Shown in pieces: positions 26,770 to 40,837 of a stretch of 64,000 nucleotides of DNA; the first letter of the stretch is position 1, and each line of letters starts with the position of its first letter. Origin of the DNA: Octopus vulgaris (lineage: Eukaryota); assembly GCA_951406725.2 (NCBI GenBank), contig OX597827.1, positions 41,664,001-41,728,000 of the forward strand, given 5' to 3'. A program made the position numbers and the translations under genes. The notes below the pieces were generated by a model, which searched no databases, was not told where the DNA came from, and saw only the letters and a list, made by a program, of their open reading frames with translations.

Positions 26770-28540
26770 TAGAGGAGATACGAAATACGATACAGAAGAA
26801 CGGAAACAGATAATGGAATCCAATATTCCCGTTCTGAATCCAGAGCAACAAGCTGTCTACGAATATATTATTACATCAGTCTTTGAAGCTCGTGGACAAC
26901 TAATCGGATTCGATATTCATTTATATTCAATAATACTTGTCAGAGTATGAGACAAAAATAAAACCATTCTTGCGACAGCAACACTAGGAATTACTGCCAC
27001 TTTTCTGTCTAATGGCCGCACTCCAACCGCTCACGTTAAAGTTTCTTTAAAAATAACAGGCCACTAAAACTGCATTATATCCACCAAGTAGTGTAACTAG
27101 CCATCTATTCAGCTAAATACTTTTGATCCTCATCGATAAATTGACGATGGCAACAGGGACATATCTGAATCAGTGGGTCGTACACTCTGTGATATTCGTG
27201 AAGTTCACAGGCCTAAATTCTAATGGTGTTTTCTGGAAAGTGACACCAAATTTCCCTATCTGTATCTCATAAGGGTTCTATAAAAGTAATTGGTGATTAT
27301 TTCAAGCACCTATCCTTTAGAAAAGAAAACTTTCACATTAAGACGTCGGGTGAATGGGTATATTAGCTGTTTATACAATACAGTATTATAGAACCATTTC
27401 AGTCAATTTTACCAATCGGTTTCATACAAGAAAATTTGGTAAAAACCAGCCTTGGCACTCATCAGAGGGGCTGATGCAGATAGTATGGCACTTGTTCTTT
27501 GCCATTGCAAGTCAGAAAGTACTGCATCCGTGTCTTAAAAATCCCAGAACGAACCGCGGGAGAAAACACACAGAGGAAACTTGTTTGTTAGAGTTATGTT
27601 GACTTGGATAGGGACCAGAAAATGTCACCACAAAGTATGAATTAAATGCCTGTAGAGTGGGGGGGTTAGGGCTTGATTGAGAGCGGGATGGGGGATGATG
27701 AGCGTGTGTGTGGGTATGTATGTATGTGTATGTGTGTGTATGTGTGTGTGTTTGTGTGGAGAAAACTGCTGAGAATTGGTGAAAGGAAACGATGCATCAG
27801 CAAGGTCAATTGAGGGTACAAAAAATTCCAGGTAAATCTTGTGTTTCCGGATAAATTCTAAAGAGCTTTCGCAACTTTATTTTTACAGACCTTTCGGAAC
27901 ACTGTAAAAATTTATGGATTCGCAGTGCGAGCCTGCAAATTCTTTGTTCAATGGTATCGTTACTGAAGTTAACGACTTCTATGATAGATTGTTTTCCAGG
28001 CCAAATTAATGAATATTTAAACAGCGACACAATCCTTAATAGTGATGAAGCACATGTTTACCCAACTGAATTTTTAAACACAATTTATTTGAGTGGGATG
28101 GCTTAATACGGAACGATTCTTCAAAGACGGTGCACCCTTTGCATGTCTTCGAATTTTTGATGTAGTTAATGGTCTATTAAGAGCCTCAACAACACAGCTA
28201 TTTGCGCTATTAACGATTCTGACGTTCATAAAGAGAAAGAATTATTTATCGCAAGAATACAATATGTTCCCAAGTGACCATGCGCTACCATTCCAAATGC
28301 AAGCACGTCAATTTCCTGTAAAACTATGCTTTGGTCTTACAAATTCACATTCACAAACATCAATGACAAGCGCTTTCGCAGCTCGACATACACCTATAGA
28401 ACTATAAAGGTTTCACTTATGGATAGCTTTATGTCAGAGTAGGAAAATCAAGTGGTTTTTGCGTTATGAGAAAAATGAAAAATGAAAATAGATTTTTTTT
28501 TTGTTGCTGAGAATATTGCGTACACCGAAAACCTGTAGAG
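26770..28540 (+). pseudogene. Degenerate Helitron PIF1-like helicase fragments
   Basis: LNPEQQAVYEYI; ILATATLGITATFLSNGRT; LILIDKLTMA; YPTEFLNTIYLSGM; LPFQMQARQFPVKLCFGLT; ENIAYTENL*; many stops and indels. Confidence 0.8.
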
Positions 28541-28743
28541 GTTTATGTTACGTTAATATAAATCTATTATCAATGTATTTTTCAGATAAATAAAGATCAC
28601 AATAAAACGTTTCATGTTTGTTTGACCATAGGGCTGATGTGTACCGTTAATGCAATTGAAGTCATATGAATATTCACTGATGGCGTGAAGGCGTGAAGTA
28701 AAACTTTCTGTCCGCATTTAATTTCCTCTATCCTTAGGGCGGG

Positions 28744-28796
<53 letters not shown>

Positions 28797-28859
28797 CATA
28801 CATATATATATACATTTATACATATATATATATATACATTTCTACATACATACATACAT

Positions 28860-28945
<86 letters not shown>

Positions 28946-29189
28946 ATATATATACATTTTATAAAGGGCTTAGTAAAATAAATTACTTTGCCACATACTG
29001 AACTCATTAGAAATAGCAGCCAAAAGTATATATATATATACATATATATATATACATATACATACAAACTTACATACATTGTCGCCATTTTGTACTCTTA
29101 ATTTCGCGCAGGGCGCATTGTTTGTTTTTGATTTTGTCGACTACACAGTATAGTAGGGTCAGTTGGGCACTGTTTGGTGAGACCCAGGC

Positions 29190-29850
29190 CATGATTGACA
29201 ACGATCCTTCCTAGTCCATCAGGCCAATCGCCAGGGACATGGGAGTACCCGAGTTTCTTATCAGGCATGAAGACATTCGGTATTTCTCATACAAGATGAG
29301 CAAGGGCCAATTTTTATCCCAAGCCATTAAGAGGAAAGATCGCGCTACGGAGCTTTTGAACAAACTCAAGCATTCGCCTCCAACCGAATATACTTTGGTT
29401 TTTCTCAGACGAGAAAAATTTCTGCCAGGATCAGATTGTCAACACATAAAACAACCGTTGGCTTGACGTGTCCTCAAAAATGTACCGAGAGTAATAAAAA
29501 TCAAACATCATGGTGTTTGGAGTGATCTCTAGTGATGGCGACGTTATACTTCATTCATCTTCCCGCACGACCTCAGACTCAACATGGAAGCCCACATCAA
29601 GTACCTGGAACAGATAGTACTGCCCTGGGTCAAGAGGATGGCTGCTGGAAGAACCCATGTCTGGCAACAGGTTTCTGCACCATGCCACACAAGCAGGAAA
29701 ACCCAGTCATGGCTGTCAGACAATTTCTGCGACCACATCACCCCTAACATCAGGCCACCTAACTCCTCAAACTGCAACCCTCTTGATTATTAATGTGTGG
29801 AGCGCAGTTGATTGAGACACCAACAAAACTCCTTGTAATTCCAAAGATGT
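29190..29850 (+). pseudogene. Degenerate DD37D (maT-type) transposase fragment
   Basis: FFSDEKNF, IMVFGVISSDG, WQQ(V)SAPCHTSRKTQSWLSDNFCDHITPNIRPPNSSNCNPLDY; 37 residues lie between the second (mutated) and third catalytic positions. Confidence 0.85.
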
Positions 29851-29856
29851 GTGCGA

Positions 29857-29899
<43 letters not shown>

Positions 29900-30159
29900 T
29901 ACATGCGTACATACAAACATACATATATATATATGAGTGTGTGTGTATGTATGTGTGTCTGTGTGTATTCATTTATTGGTTGGCATCTGAACAGATAGCA
30001 GAGTCTGGATTCGTTTTCTTTAATCAGTTATCTGCTTTCATTTTTATGGTAGCTCACTCATATAAATATTTTTTTGATCTATGTGTCCACCATTCAGTTT
30101 ATGCATCTCTATATCTATACACTCAATACATGTATACGTCTAACGGCCATTGACTGACG

Positions 30160-30420
30160 AGACGATATTTCGAGGTGTTGCAAATGCAGGGTACTATTGT
30201 GGAATGTTTCCCATTCACATTCAAGAGTCTTCCATAGCAGTCACTTCCGTGCGAGTATCATGGCCCGAGTTGTAAGTCGAGGGTTGAACGAGGCGTGAGA
30301 CAAGGTTGTCTGATGCTTTCAATACTGTTTCATATTTTCTATGCATGTGTGACCACGCTGTTACATCGGAGGATGGATCCACTGCCAGACATCATTAAAA
30401 TCTTTCGATTCCATGAAAAT
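30160..30420 (-). pseudogene. Possible very old Tc1-like transposase C-terminal remnant
   Basis: Weak motifs CIENM and LLWKTLECEWE on the minus strand. Confidence 0.3.
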
Positions 30421-30431
30421 ATTTCAACAGA

Positions 30432-30592
30432 GTGGCAGGAGTGGTTGTGAGGTAAGTAGGTTGCTTGCCAACCACATGGTTCCGGGTTCATTCCCACTGC
30501 GTGGCACCTTGGGCAAGTGTCTTCTACTATAGCCTCGGGCTGACCAGAGCCTTGTGAGGGGATTTGGTAGACGGAAACTGAAAGAAGCTCGT

Positions 30593-30645
<53 letters not shown>

Positions 30646-30866
30646 ATATATGTTTGTGTGTCTGTTTGTCCCCCAACATCGCTTGACAACCGATGCTGGT
30701 GTGTTTACGTCCCCGTCACTTAGCGGTTCGGCAAAAGAGACCGATAGAATAAGTACTAGGCTTACAAAGAATAAGTACTGGGGTCGATTTACTCGACTAA
30801 AGGCAGTGCTCCAGCATGGCTACAGTCAAATGACTGAAACAAGTAAAAGAGTAAAAAAGTAAAAGA
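30432..30866 (+). mobile_element. SINE family A copy (full length)
   Basis: Head, (TA)n/(TG)n, tail ending gtaaaagagtaaaaaagtaaaagag. Confidence 0.9.
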
Positions 30867-30954
30867 GAGATACATACACACACATTCAAACTCACGCTCG
30901 TATATGGTTGTGTGGGTGTATGTATTTATATATATATAAATATGTATGTGTATC

Positions 30955-31172
30955 TTTTACTTGGACTGCGGCCATACTGGGGCATTGCTTTGAAGTATTT
31001 TAATTGAAACAGAACGACATTAGTACCTATTTTTAAAATCTGGTACTTCTCCATTGGTTTTCTTTTGTCGAAGCGCTAGGTTATTGGGACATAAATAGAC
31101 CATTACTAATCGCCAAGCGTTGCGTGCGCGAGCATGTGTATGTGCGTGTATGTGTGACAAACACAGAGACAG

Positions 31173-31213
<41 letters not shown>

Positions 31214-31400
31214 CTCTCTCTCTCTCACACATGCACATACACACGTACAGGGATTCCACACAGTTTCCGTCTACCAAATTTACTCACAAGGTATTGGCCA
31301 ACCCGGGGGCCATAATGGTAGACACTTGCACAAAAAGTGACGTGTAGAGGGATTGAACCCAAGACCACGTGGTTACAAAGCGTGATTCTTAACTACACAA
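30955..31400 (-). mobile_element. Diverged SINE family A copy
   Basis: gactgcggccatactggggc...; cagtttccgtctaccaaatttactcacaagg. Confidence 0.65.
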
Positions 31401-31422
31401 CCAGGGCTGCACGCATATATAT

Positions 31423-31463
<41 letters not shown>

Positions 31464-31630
31464 TTATACACACTCACGCACATGCATAAATATATATTAT
31501 CTGCACATTGGCACATGTTAAACTACCAGAGCCGTTTTCTGTGTCGGTGTGTTCGAATCACTTACTGTCAGTCATACAATGTCTTGGAATATCTTAAGAT
31601 TCTCTCTTAACATGTGTGTCTGATTAAAGT

Positions 31631-31704
<74 letters not shown>

Positions 31705-32559
31705 ATCATCTATCTATCTATCTATTTGTCTGTCTGTGTGTCTGTATGTCTGTCTCGCCATAGTTATTACGTGCGTATATGCATAAGCACGCAAGCATGT
31801 CAGTTTGTCTGTGTATAAGCATATAATGCGTGCATGTATATATATATATCTGTATGTATATCTGTACGTATTTGTACGTAAGTACGTACATACGTGCGTA
31901 CGTTCGTACGTACGTACATACGCATGTATGTCTGTATGTATGTAAGTATGTATGTATGTATGTATGTATGTATGTATGTATGTATGTATGTATGTATGTA
32001 TGTATGTATGTATGTATGTATGTATGTATGTATAACTGTCTTTCGTAATTCTCTAGCCAATACTGTCTGTCGTCTGAATAGCTGTTACTGATTGAATTCA
32101 TGTATTTTTCATGCCTGTCTCCCTACTTGCGAGCTCGTCTGACTGTCTGTCTGTCTGTCGTCTGCTCTTCTGCATTTTTCTATCTCCTTGAATATTTTCC
32201 CAACCACTTTATTTTCTCTTTACCTACCGTACAACACACGCACACACACAGATACACACATATGTACACACATACAGATATGCACTCAAGCACACATACA
32301 CGATGTTTGCTGACAGAATGCATATACAATAAAAAAGAAAAGACTCCACAGGAACACACAACAGCATCACTCGATTTTGGACGTTTTAGAAATGGCAGCT
32401 AAATCTTTCTCTCAAAGCACAGCCTCAGTGTCTTAGGAAACGAATGACATTTTAGATATGGTCCAAGATAATCTATGTCTGAATCACGGGAATAAGTATG
32501 AGATTTTCTGGAATATTTATATGTACGTATGTAATTATGCATGTATGCATGTATGCACG

Positions 32560-34118
32560 TCCGAGAAGGGGGAGGAATTACTTACTGGAAAGTTCCGAGG
32601 AGGGGAGGAGGGGATTGAATTACTTCCTGGAAAGTTCCATGGGAGGGGAAGAATAACGTACTGGAAAGTTACGAGGAGGGTGGAAGTACTTCCTGGAAGG
32701 CTCCGAAGAAGGGGAAGGGAGTGAATTACTTCTTGGAAAGTTCTGGGGGTGAGAGGAAAGGACTGAATTACTTCCAGGAAAGTTACGTGGAGGGGGAGCA
32801 ATTAAATCCAGGATGTTCCGAAGAGAGGGAATTACTTCCTGGAAAGTTCCGATGAAGGGAGGAATTACTTCTTGTAAACTTCCGGGAAGGGGAAATACTA
32901 CGAGGAGTGGGGGAGAGGATCGAATTACTTCCAGGAAAGTTCCGAAGAGGGGGCGGAATGACTTCCGGGACAGTCCCGAGGAGTGGGAAGAAATACTTCG
33001 TGGAAAGTGCCGAGGACGGGAAGGAATTACTTCTTGGACTGTTCCGAGGAGGGGGAGGAATCACTTCCTGGGAAGTTCGGAGGAGAAGAGGAATTACTTT
33101 CTGGAAAGTTCCGGGAACAGGGAACTATTTTCTAGAAAGTTCCAAAGAGGGGGAATTACTTCCTGGAAATTCCGAGGAGATGCTAATGACTTCCCGGAAA
33201 GTTCCAAGGAGGGGAGGAATCGATTCCTAGAAAGGTACACTTCCTGGAAATTTCCCAGAAGGAAAGAACTTACTTCCTGGAAAGTTCCGAGGAGGGGAGA
33301 CATCCTGGAAATTTCCGTGGAGGGGAATGACTTCATGGAAAGTTCCGAGGACGGGGACGAGGGGATTTTATTACTTCCTGGAATGTTCTGAGGAGGGGGA
33401 GGAATGATTTCTTGAAAAGTTCCGAGGAGTTGGTTGAATTTCTTCTTGGAAACATCCGAGGAGGGCATGAACTACTTCCTGCAAAGTACCGAGGAGGGGG
33501 AGGAATTACTTCCTGGAAAGTTTTGAGGAGAGGCGAATTACTTCCTGGAATGTTCCTACGAGGGGGAGGAATGAGTCCTTGGAAAGCTCCAATGAGTGGG
33601 TATTTCTTTATTGCCCACAATAAAGAGGGGAAAACAAGGACAGACAAAGAGATAAAGTGGATAACATCGACCCCAGTGCATAACTGGTACTTATTTAATC
33701 GACCCCGAAAAAGGCAAAGTCAACCTCGGCGGAAAGTGCCCAGGATGCGTGCTTCCTGGAATGTTCCGATGATGGGTATTACCTGAATGATTTCCTGGAA
33801 GTTCCGAGGATTTAGAGGTGGAGATTGAATTACTTCTTGAAATATTCCGAGGTTGGGCTGGAATCACTTCCTAGTAAGTTCCACTTCCTGAACAGTTCCA
33901 AGGAGGGGGAGGAATTACTTCCTGGAAAGTTCCGAGGAGAGGGGAATTACTTCATGGAACGTTCATGGAAGGGTGGGTGTTTGAATTACTTCCTGGAAAG
34001 TTCCGAGGAGGGGGGAGGAACCACTCCCTCGAAAATTCTACTTCCTGTAAAAGTTCCGAGGAGGGGGAGGAATTACTTTTTGGAAAGATACGAGAGGAAT
34101 GGAATTACTTCCTGGTAA
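32560..34118. repeat. Minisatellite with a ~32-34 bp unit (gaattacttcctggaaagttccgaggagggggag); SINE B fragment inserted at ~33600-33732
   Basis: Dozens of degenerate tandem units visible. Confidence 0.9.
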
Positions 34119-34430
34119 TGTCACAGACCTTAGACAACACTATTATTTTACTAAGATACTTAGGACCGTGAATCGGGACAAAATTCCGGGTGAATAGGAG
34201 CAAGGACAAAATGACGAGTCACGTATCAAGTTACACCTACACACAGTCTAAGAGGAAAGGTCGAAATACCGGGCAAGCATTACGCCGGCTATTTATTATC
34301 ATGACACATACTTAGCGTGCACTAGTGTTGAATACGTTACAACAAAGCAGACTATGCTGCAGTGAAATACACTACAGAACAGTATGGTACAGTAAGCAGG
34401 GTATTGTACAGTACAGCACAATATAATATG

Positions 34431-34662
34431 TATTTCTTTACTATCCACAAGGGGCTAAACACAGAGGGGACAAACAAGGACAGACAAACGGCTTAAGTCG
34501 ATTGTATCGACCCCAGTGCGCAACTGGTACTTAATTTATCGACCCCGAAAGGATGAAAGGCAAAGTCGACCTCGGCGGAATTTGAACTTAGAACGTAACG
34601 GCAGACGAAATACGGCTACGCATTTCGCCCGGCGTGCTAACGATTCTGCCAGCTCGCCGCCT
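34431..34662 (-). mobile_element. SINE family B copy
   Basis: Full-length match to the 20229 unit; imperfect TSD ag(c/t)acaat(a/g)taatatg. Confidence 0.85.
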
Positions 34663-34999
34663 TAGTACAATGTAATATGGAAAACTGCAGTATTACAGAA
34701 GAGAATGATAACAAAGAGTCAAGCAAAATACAATCAGAATAGAATACAGTGGGATACAAAAGAAGTGCATTAAAATAAAGTACAGTAGGATACTGTAGTA
34801 CAGAGTACACTGAAATACATTTATAGTAGAATACTGTAGAGTTGTACGGCGGAGTATTTTAACGGAGGCGCGTGGCTTAGTGGTTAGGATGTCAGCATCA
34901 TGATCGTAAGATTGTGGTTTCGATTTCTGGACCGGGCGACGCGTTGTGTTCTTGAGCCACTCAACTTCATTTCATGTTGCTCCAGTCCACTCAAAGAAG

Positions 35000-35415
35000 T
35001 ATTTATTTCTTTACCACCCACAAGGGGCTAAACACAGAGAGGACAAATAAGGACAGACAAACGGATTAAGTCGATTATATCGACTCCAGTGCGTAACTGG
35101 TACTTATTTAATTGACCCCGAAAGGATGAAAGGCAAAGTCAACCTCGGCGGAATTTGAACTCAGAATGTAACGGCAGACGAAATATCTATTTCTTTACCA
35201 CCCACAAGGGGCTAAACACAGACAGGACAAATAAGGACAGACAAACGGATTAAGTCGATATCGACACCAGTGCGTAACTGGTACTTATTTAATCGACCCC
35301 GAAAGGATCGAAGGCAAAGTTAATCTCGGCGGAATTTGAACTCAGAATGTAATGGCAGACGAAATACTACTAAGGATTTCGCCTGGCGTGCTAACAATTC
35401 TGCCAGCTCACTGCC
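35000..35415 (-). mobile_element. SINE family B copy with tandemly duplicated 3' part
   Basis: Two ~180-bp blocks starting tatttctttaccacccacaaggggctaaacac. Confidence 0.85.
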
Positions 35416-35789
35416 CTAGGAGAGTAGAGTCTATTAGAATATAATGTAATTTAGTGCATATAGTATACAGTAGATTACAGTAACTGTACTACTCCATTAG
35501 AGTACATAAAATACGGCACTGTATAATAAGTTAGTGTAGAGTTCAGTGCCAGTGGAATACAGTACAGTATTGTAGAATACTGTTGAATGCAGTACACAAA
35601 ATAGCGTACATTGTTTTCGAATACAGTTAAGTACGTAACCATAAAATACAAGCAATATAGTTTAATACAAAGGAATGGACTGTCCATGAAGTGCATTAAA
35701 ATAAAGTACAGTAGGATACTGTAGTACAGAGTACACTGAAATACATTTATAGTAGAATACTGTAGAGTTGTACGGCGGAGTATTTTAAC

Positions 35790-36066
35790 GGAGGCGCGTG
35801 GCTTAGTGGTTAGGATGTCAGCATCATGATCGTAAGATTGTGGTTTCGATTTCTGGACCGGGCGACGCGTTGTGTTCTTGAGCCACTCAACTTCATTTCA
35901 TGTTGCTCCAGTCCACTCAGCTGGCAAAAATGAGTAACGCTGCAATGGACTGGCGTCCCGTCCAGCTGGGGGAACACATACGCCATAGAAACCGGGAAAC
36001 CAGGCCCATGAGCCTGGCTAGGCTTTAAAAGGGCACATTTATTTATTATATATCCTAGAATAATCC
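35790..36066 (+). mobile_element. SINE family C copy with 19-bp TSD
   Basis: TACGGCGGAGTATTTTAAC at 35771-35789 and 36067-36085. Confidence 0.9.
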
Positions 36067-38409
36067 TACGGCGGAGTATTTTAACAGTATTATATCCTAT
36101 AATACAGTGCAGGCGAAGTAGTAAAACGCAGTAAAGTACAGTACCAGAAGAGTACACTAAAATATAGCACAGTATAGTGGAGTACAAAAAACTTCAGTCT
36201 AGTAGAATACAGTACAAAATTAAACAGTCGAAAAGACGATAATACAGTTCAGTAGAGTACAGCAGTGTGCGCCACAGTACAGTACATGATAGTAAATAAA
36301 GAATTATACCGGAGAAATATGACAGAGTACAGTGCAGAATAGTCCAGTAGAGTACGGTAGAAGTAGTGTAATAGAGTACAGAGCAATAGAGCACAGAACA
36401 GCCGAGTATAATACAGAAGATCGCTGTACAATAGAGTACGTTGAGACTCAGTTTAGTACAGCAGCGACTGTAAAGTACAACGTTACAGTACAATACAGAA
36501 ATGTACCTTAATGTAAAGTACACCACAGTGGAATACACTGGAGTACAACGTAGTGCGATGAAGTGTAGTGCAGTATAGTGCAGTGGAGAAGAGCAACAGT
36601 GATAGCAACAGCAGTGGCTGGTATGTAGTGCATTGGATGGCTGCTGCAGCTGGTGCACTCTGTTGCAATTCCATGAATGTTGCAGACATGGCAGTTTCTC
36701 ACCTCAGACATCGTGTAGGCACTACTACAGCTGCAGCGACCTACTGCACTTGCTGCACATTAGCAACAAACTGCACACAAGCACACGCGCGCACACACGC
36801 ATACATATGCACGCGTACATACATAGATACATACATACACTATGTGCAAAACTATACGAATACGTCCATACGCACAAACTCAAACAATCTCTACAGTATA
36901 CCGCACACACATACACACACCTCAAACACACACACTCATACACACTGCGATGTACCATGTACATACACATATGCACCGTACAACATACACACACATACAC
37001 AGAAATGCAAGCACACTCTCTACACTACACCACACAAGCATACACACATACACACATACACACTACGATATACCACGTACTCACACATACACACAACACA
37101 ATACATCTCATGCATACACATACACTCTTAACAATACACTTCACACATACACACACATATACACTGCGCTGCACTACACATACCATACATTACGGACACA
37201 CGGATGAACACATACACACTCTCTTAAACACGCTATGCACACGCATACATATATACACACATTCATACGTTATACACAAGGGTATAAACGAAAACACACA
37301 CTTCCCCAATACACGCCACTCACACACACACACACACAATCGTTACACTACACATATATTAGACATACACATAAATATACATAGAGAAAAACACACACAC
37401 ACACAACCTCGCTTCAACAGACTATACAATGCATGACGTATACACACATACGTACAAAATATACTGTACTACCACACATACACATATACATACACAGATA
37501 CACACTCGCTCAAATATTATCACATATACACATATATTACTTATACACAAACACATACCCATTCACTTACGCACACACACATTCAAACACATACGCATTC
37601 TCTCCCTACAATACAACACAAAGCATACATACACACACACATATACACATACCACCACCAGCTCCACCATCACCACAATTACACCAACCACCACCACCAC
37701 CGTCACCAACCACCACCACCACCGTCACCACCACCACTACACCAACCACCACCACCACCACCACTACCACCACCACCACCACAATCAACACCACCATAAT
37801 CAACACCACCACATCACACACATGCAAACCACCATCACTATCACTATAACTACCATCACCTTTACACATATATCATCATAACCACCATCGTAACCACCAC
37901 CAACACCACAGTCACCACTACCACCAGCACCACCATTATCACCGCCTGCATCACAGCTACCACCACCGTCACCAGCACCAGCACCAGCACCAGCACCACA
38001 CCACCACAACCACCACCACCACCACCACCTCTACCGTCACCTCCACCATCACCACTATCGGCGCGCACACATTACCACACACACACATCACCACACACAC
38101 ACACAATACGTTATACGATCGAAGGAGGTCGGTCGATCTGCTAGAAAGAGCAGCTTAGTCTCTTTCAAATCACATCCTACCGTCCTAAATCAAGAAGAGA
38201 AGGAGAAACGGCGCTTGGGATAGTGCAGAGTGAGGTACAGTTTCGAAAATCCTTGGGATAGTCACGGCTGGAAGCTTTGATCATAGTTTGCTTTATCAGA
38301 GTTAAATTGACGGAAAATAACAATAACAATAACAACAACCACAATGACACACAATACGACGATAGCCATACACAACACACACGCACACGCAAACTCACAC
38401 ACACACACG

Positions 38410-38990
38410 CAAACACACAAACACACACATACACGTATACCAAACAAACATACTCGTATACATATATACAAAACATACACATACACACACACACAAATAC
38501 ACGTATACCAAACAAACACACACACATACATATATACCAAACACACATACATATATACCAAACACACACGCACACAAACACACGTACATATACCAAACAA
38601 GCATACACACATATATACCAAACATACACACACACAAGCACACATATACCAAACATACACACACACGTATACCAAGAACACACACACATACGCATGCATA
38701 TATACCAAACACATACACACATATACCAAACACACACACACACCAAAACATACACACATATACCAAACACACATACACACACGCATACATATATACGAAG
38801 CACACACACATACGCATACATATATACCAAACACACACACACACACGCATACACATATACCAAACACACACACACGCATACACATATACCAAACACACAC
38901 ATACGCATACATATATACCAAACACACACACTCAAACACACACACATAAACCAAACACACATATATGAAACAAACATACGCATATTCCAA
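38410..38990. repeat. Minisatellite of (CA)n-ATATATACCAAA units (~22-30 bp)
   Basis: Recurrent tataccaaacacacac motif, about 20 copies by eye. Confidence 0.8.
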
Positions 38991-39082
38991 AATACATAAG
39001 CAAAAAATATCACAAACACACCCTTACATTGTGTACAACCGATTTTACACACATACACACATACAGAGACACACAGACACAC

Positions 39083-39117
<35 letters not shown>

Positions 39118-39394
39118 TACACACACTCATACACAGAGTCAACTACAATGCACTGCATACCATCATATAACAACCAAAACACAACACACACCACCACTTT
39201 CCAGCACATACCACACACACACACACACAGGCGTGCGCACACACACACACACGTACACACAGGCACACATACATACAGAAGCGTATGTTATGTTGCTCCG
39301 CACTCATGGCACACGTCACATGTCACATGTCACATGATGAGGCATTTTTTTTGGCTTTTGTTTTTTTTTTTACTGATGTGGATGCCGCAGATAA

Positions 39395-39417
39395 AGGTAC
39401 TACTACTACTATAATAG

Positions 39418-39502
<85 letters not shown>

Positions 39503-39598
39503 AACCACCACCACCACAACAACAACAAAAACAACTACAACTACTACTACTGCTACTACTACTTTAATAGATACTACTATTGCTACTATTACTACTAA

Positions 39599-39635
<37 letters not shown>

Positions 39636-39675
39636 GCTGCTGCCGTTACTACTACTACTACTACTGCTGCTGCTG

Positions 39676-39763
<88 letters not shown>

Positions 39764-40805
39764 GACTACTACTACTATAGCTATTACTACTAGTGATTAT
39801 AGTAGTAGTAGTAGCGTTTATTGTTAGTGTGGAAGTGCTTGTATACGTACATCTGTACTTGTGTGTGTGTATGTGTGTGTGTGTGAGCGTATTGGTTCGA
39901 CGGCGTTTAGTAGGTTAATTTATCCTCCGTAAGTATGTTTGAACTTGCTTGGACCTTCTCAGTATCAACACCAAGGCTACTACGGCCACCGTAAGCAGCA
40001 CCACCACCACAACCAGCACGACTCCAACCACCACCACCACCACCACCACCATCACCACCACCACTACCACCACCACCGCCACCGCCCCACCGCCCCACCG
40101 CCGCCGCCGCCACCACCACCACCACCACCACCACAACCGCCACCGCCACCGCCACCGTCACCGCCACTACTACAACCATTACAACCACCACCACCACCAC
40201 AACCAACACGACTCCAACCACCACCACCACCACTACCACCACCACCACCACCACCACCACCACCACCACCACCACCACCGCCACTACTACCACCACCACC
40301 ACCACCACAACAACAACCAGCGCTATCATCAACACTACTATAACTGTTGCCAACACCACGTTCACCACCACCACCCTCATCAATTCTCCGATCTCCGACC
40401 ACACCAGCAACCTCACCACAATCCCCGACATCTCCATCATCACAGCCAACTCCATCTCCAAATGTACGACAACCAGCACGGCAACCATTGGTACCACCAC
40501 CACCACTTGCACTACCACAGCCACCACCATAACCACTACCATAACCATCACCACAGCTACCACCAAAATCTCCACCATTATCACCATCACCACTGCCGCC
40601 GCCGCCGCCGCCGCCACCACCACCACCACCACCACCACCACACCACCACCACCACCACCACCACCACCACCACCACCACCACCACCACCACCACCACCAC
40701 CACCACCACCTTCATCATCACCTCCACTACTTCTTGCACCCTCGCAACAGTAGCTTGATCACCTTCGAAACCACCACCACCACCACCACCACCACCACCA
40801 CCACC

Positions 40806-40837
<32 letters not shown>

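Larger units (their letters stand above)
34370..36590. repeat. Degenerate pentamer satellite (AGTAC/AATAC/AGAAT) hosting SINE insertions
   Basis: Periodic cagta/tacag/tagta motifs. Confidence 0.7.

Noticed and set aside
27655-27700. G-rich stretch with TTAGGG
   Set aside because: A single telomere-like hexamer, not an array
32458-34171. Overlapping ORFs and a CRISPR-like appearance of the 33-bp repeats
   Set aside because: It is a degenerate tandem minisatellite with no unique spacers and no cas genes, in eukaryotic DNA
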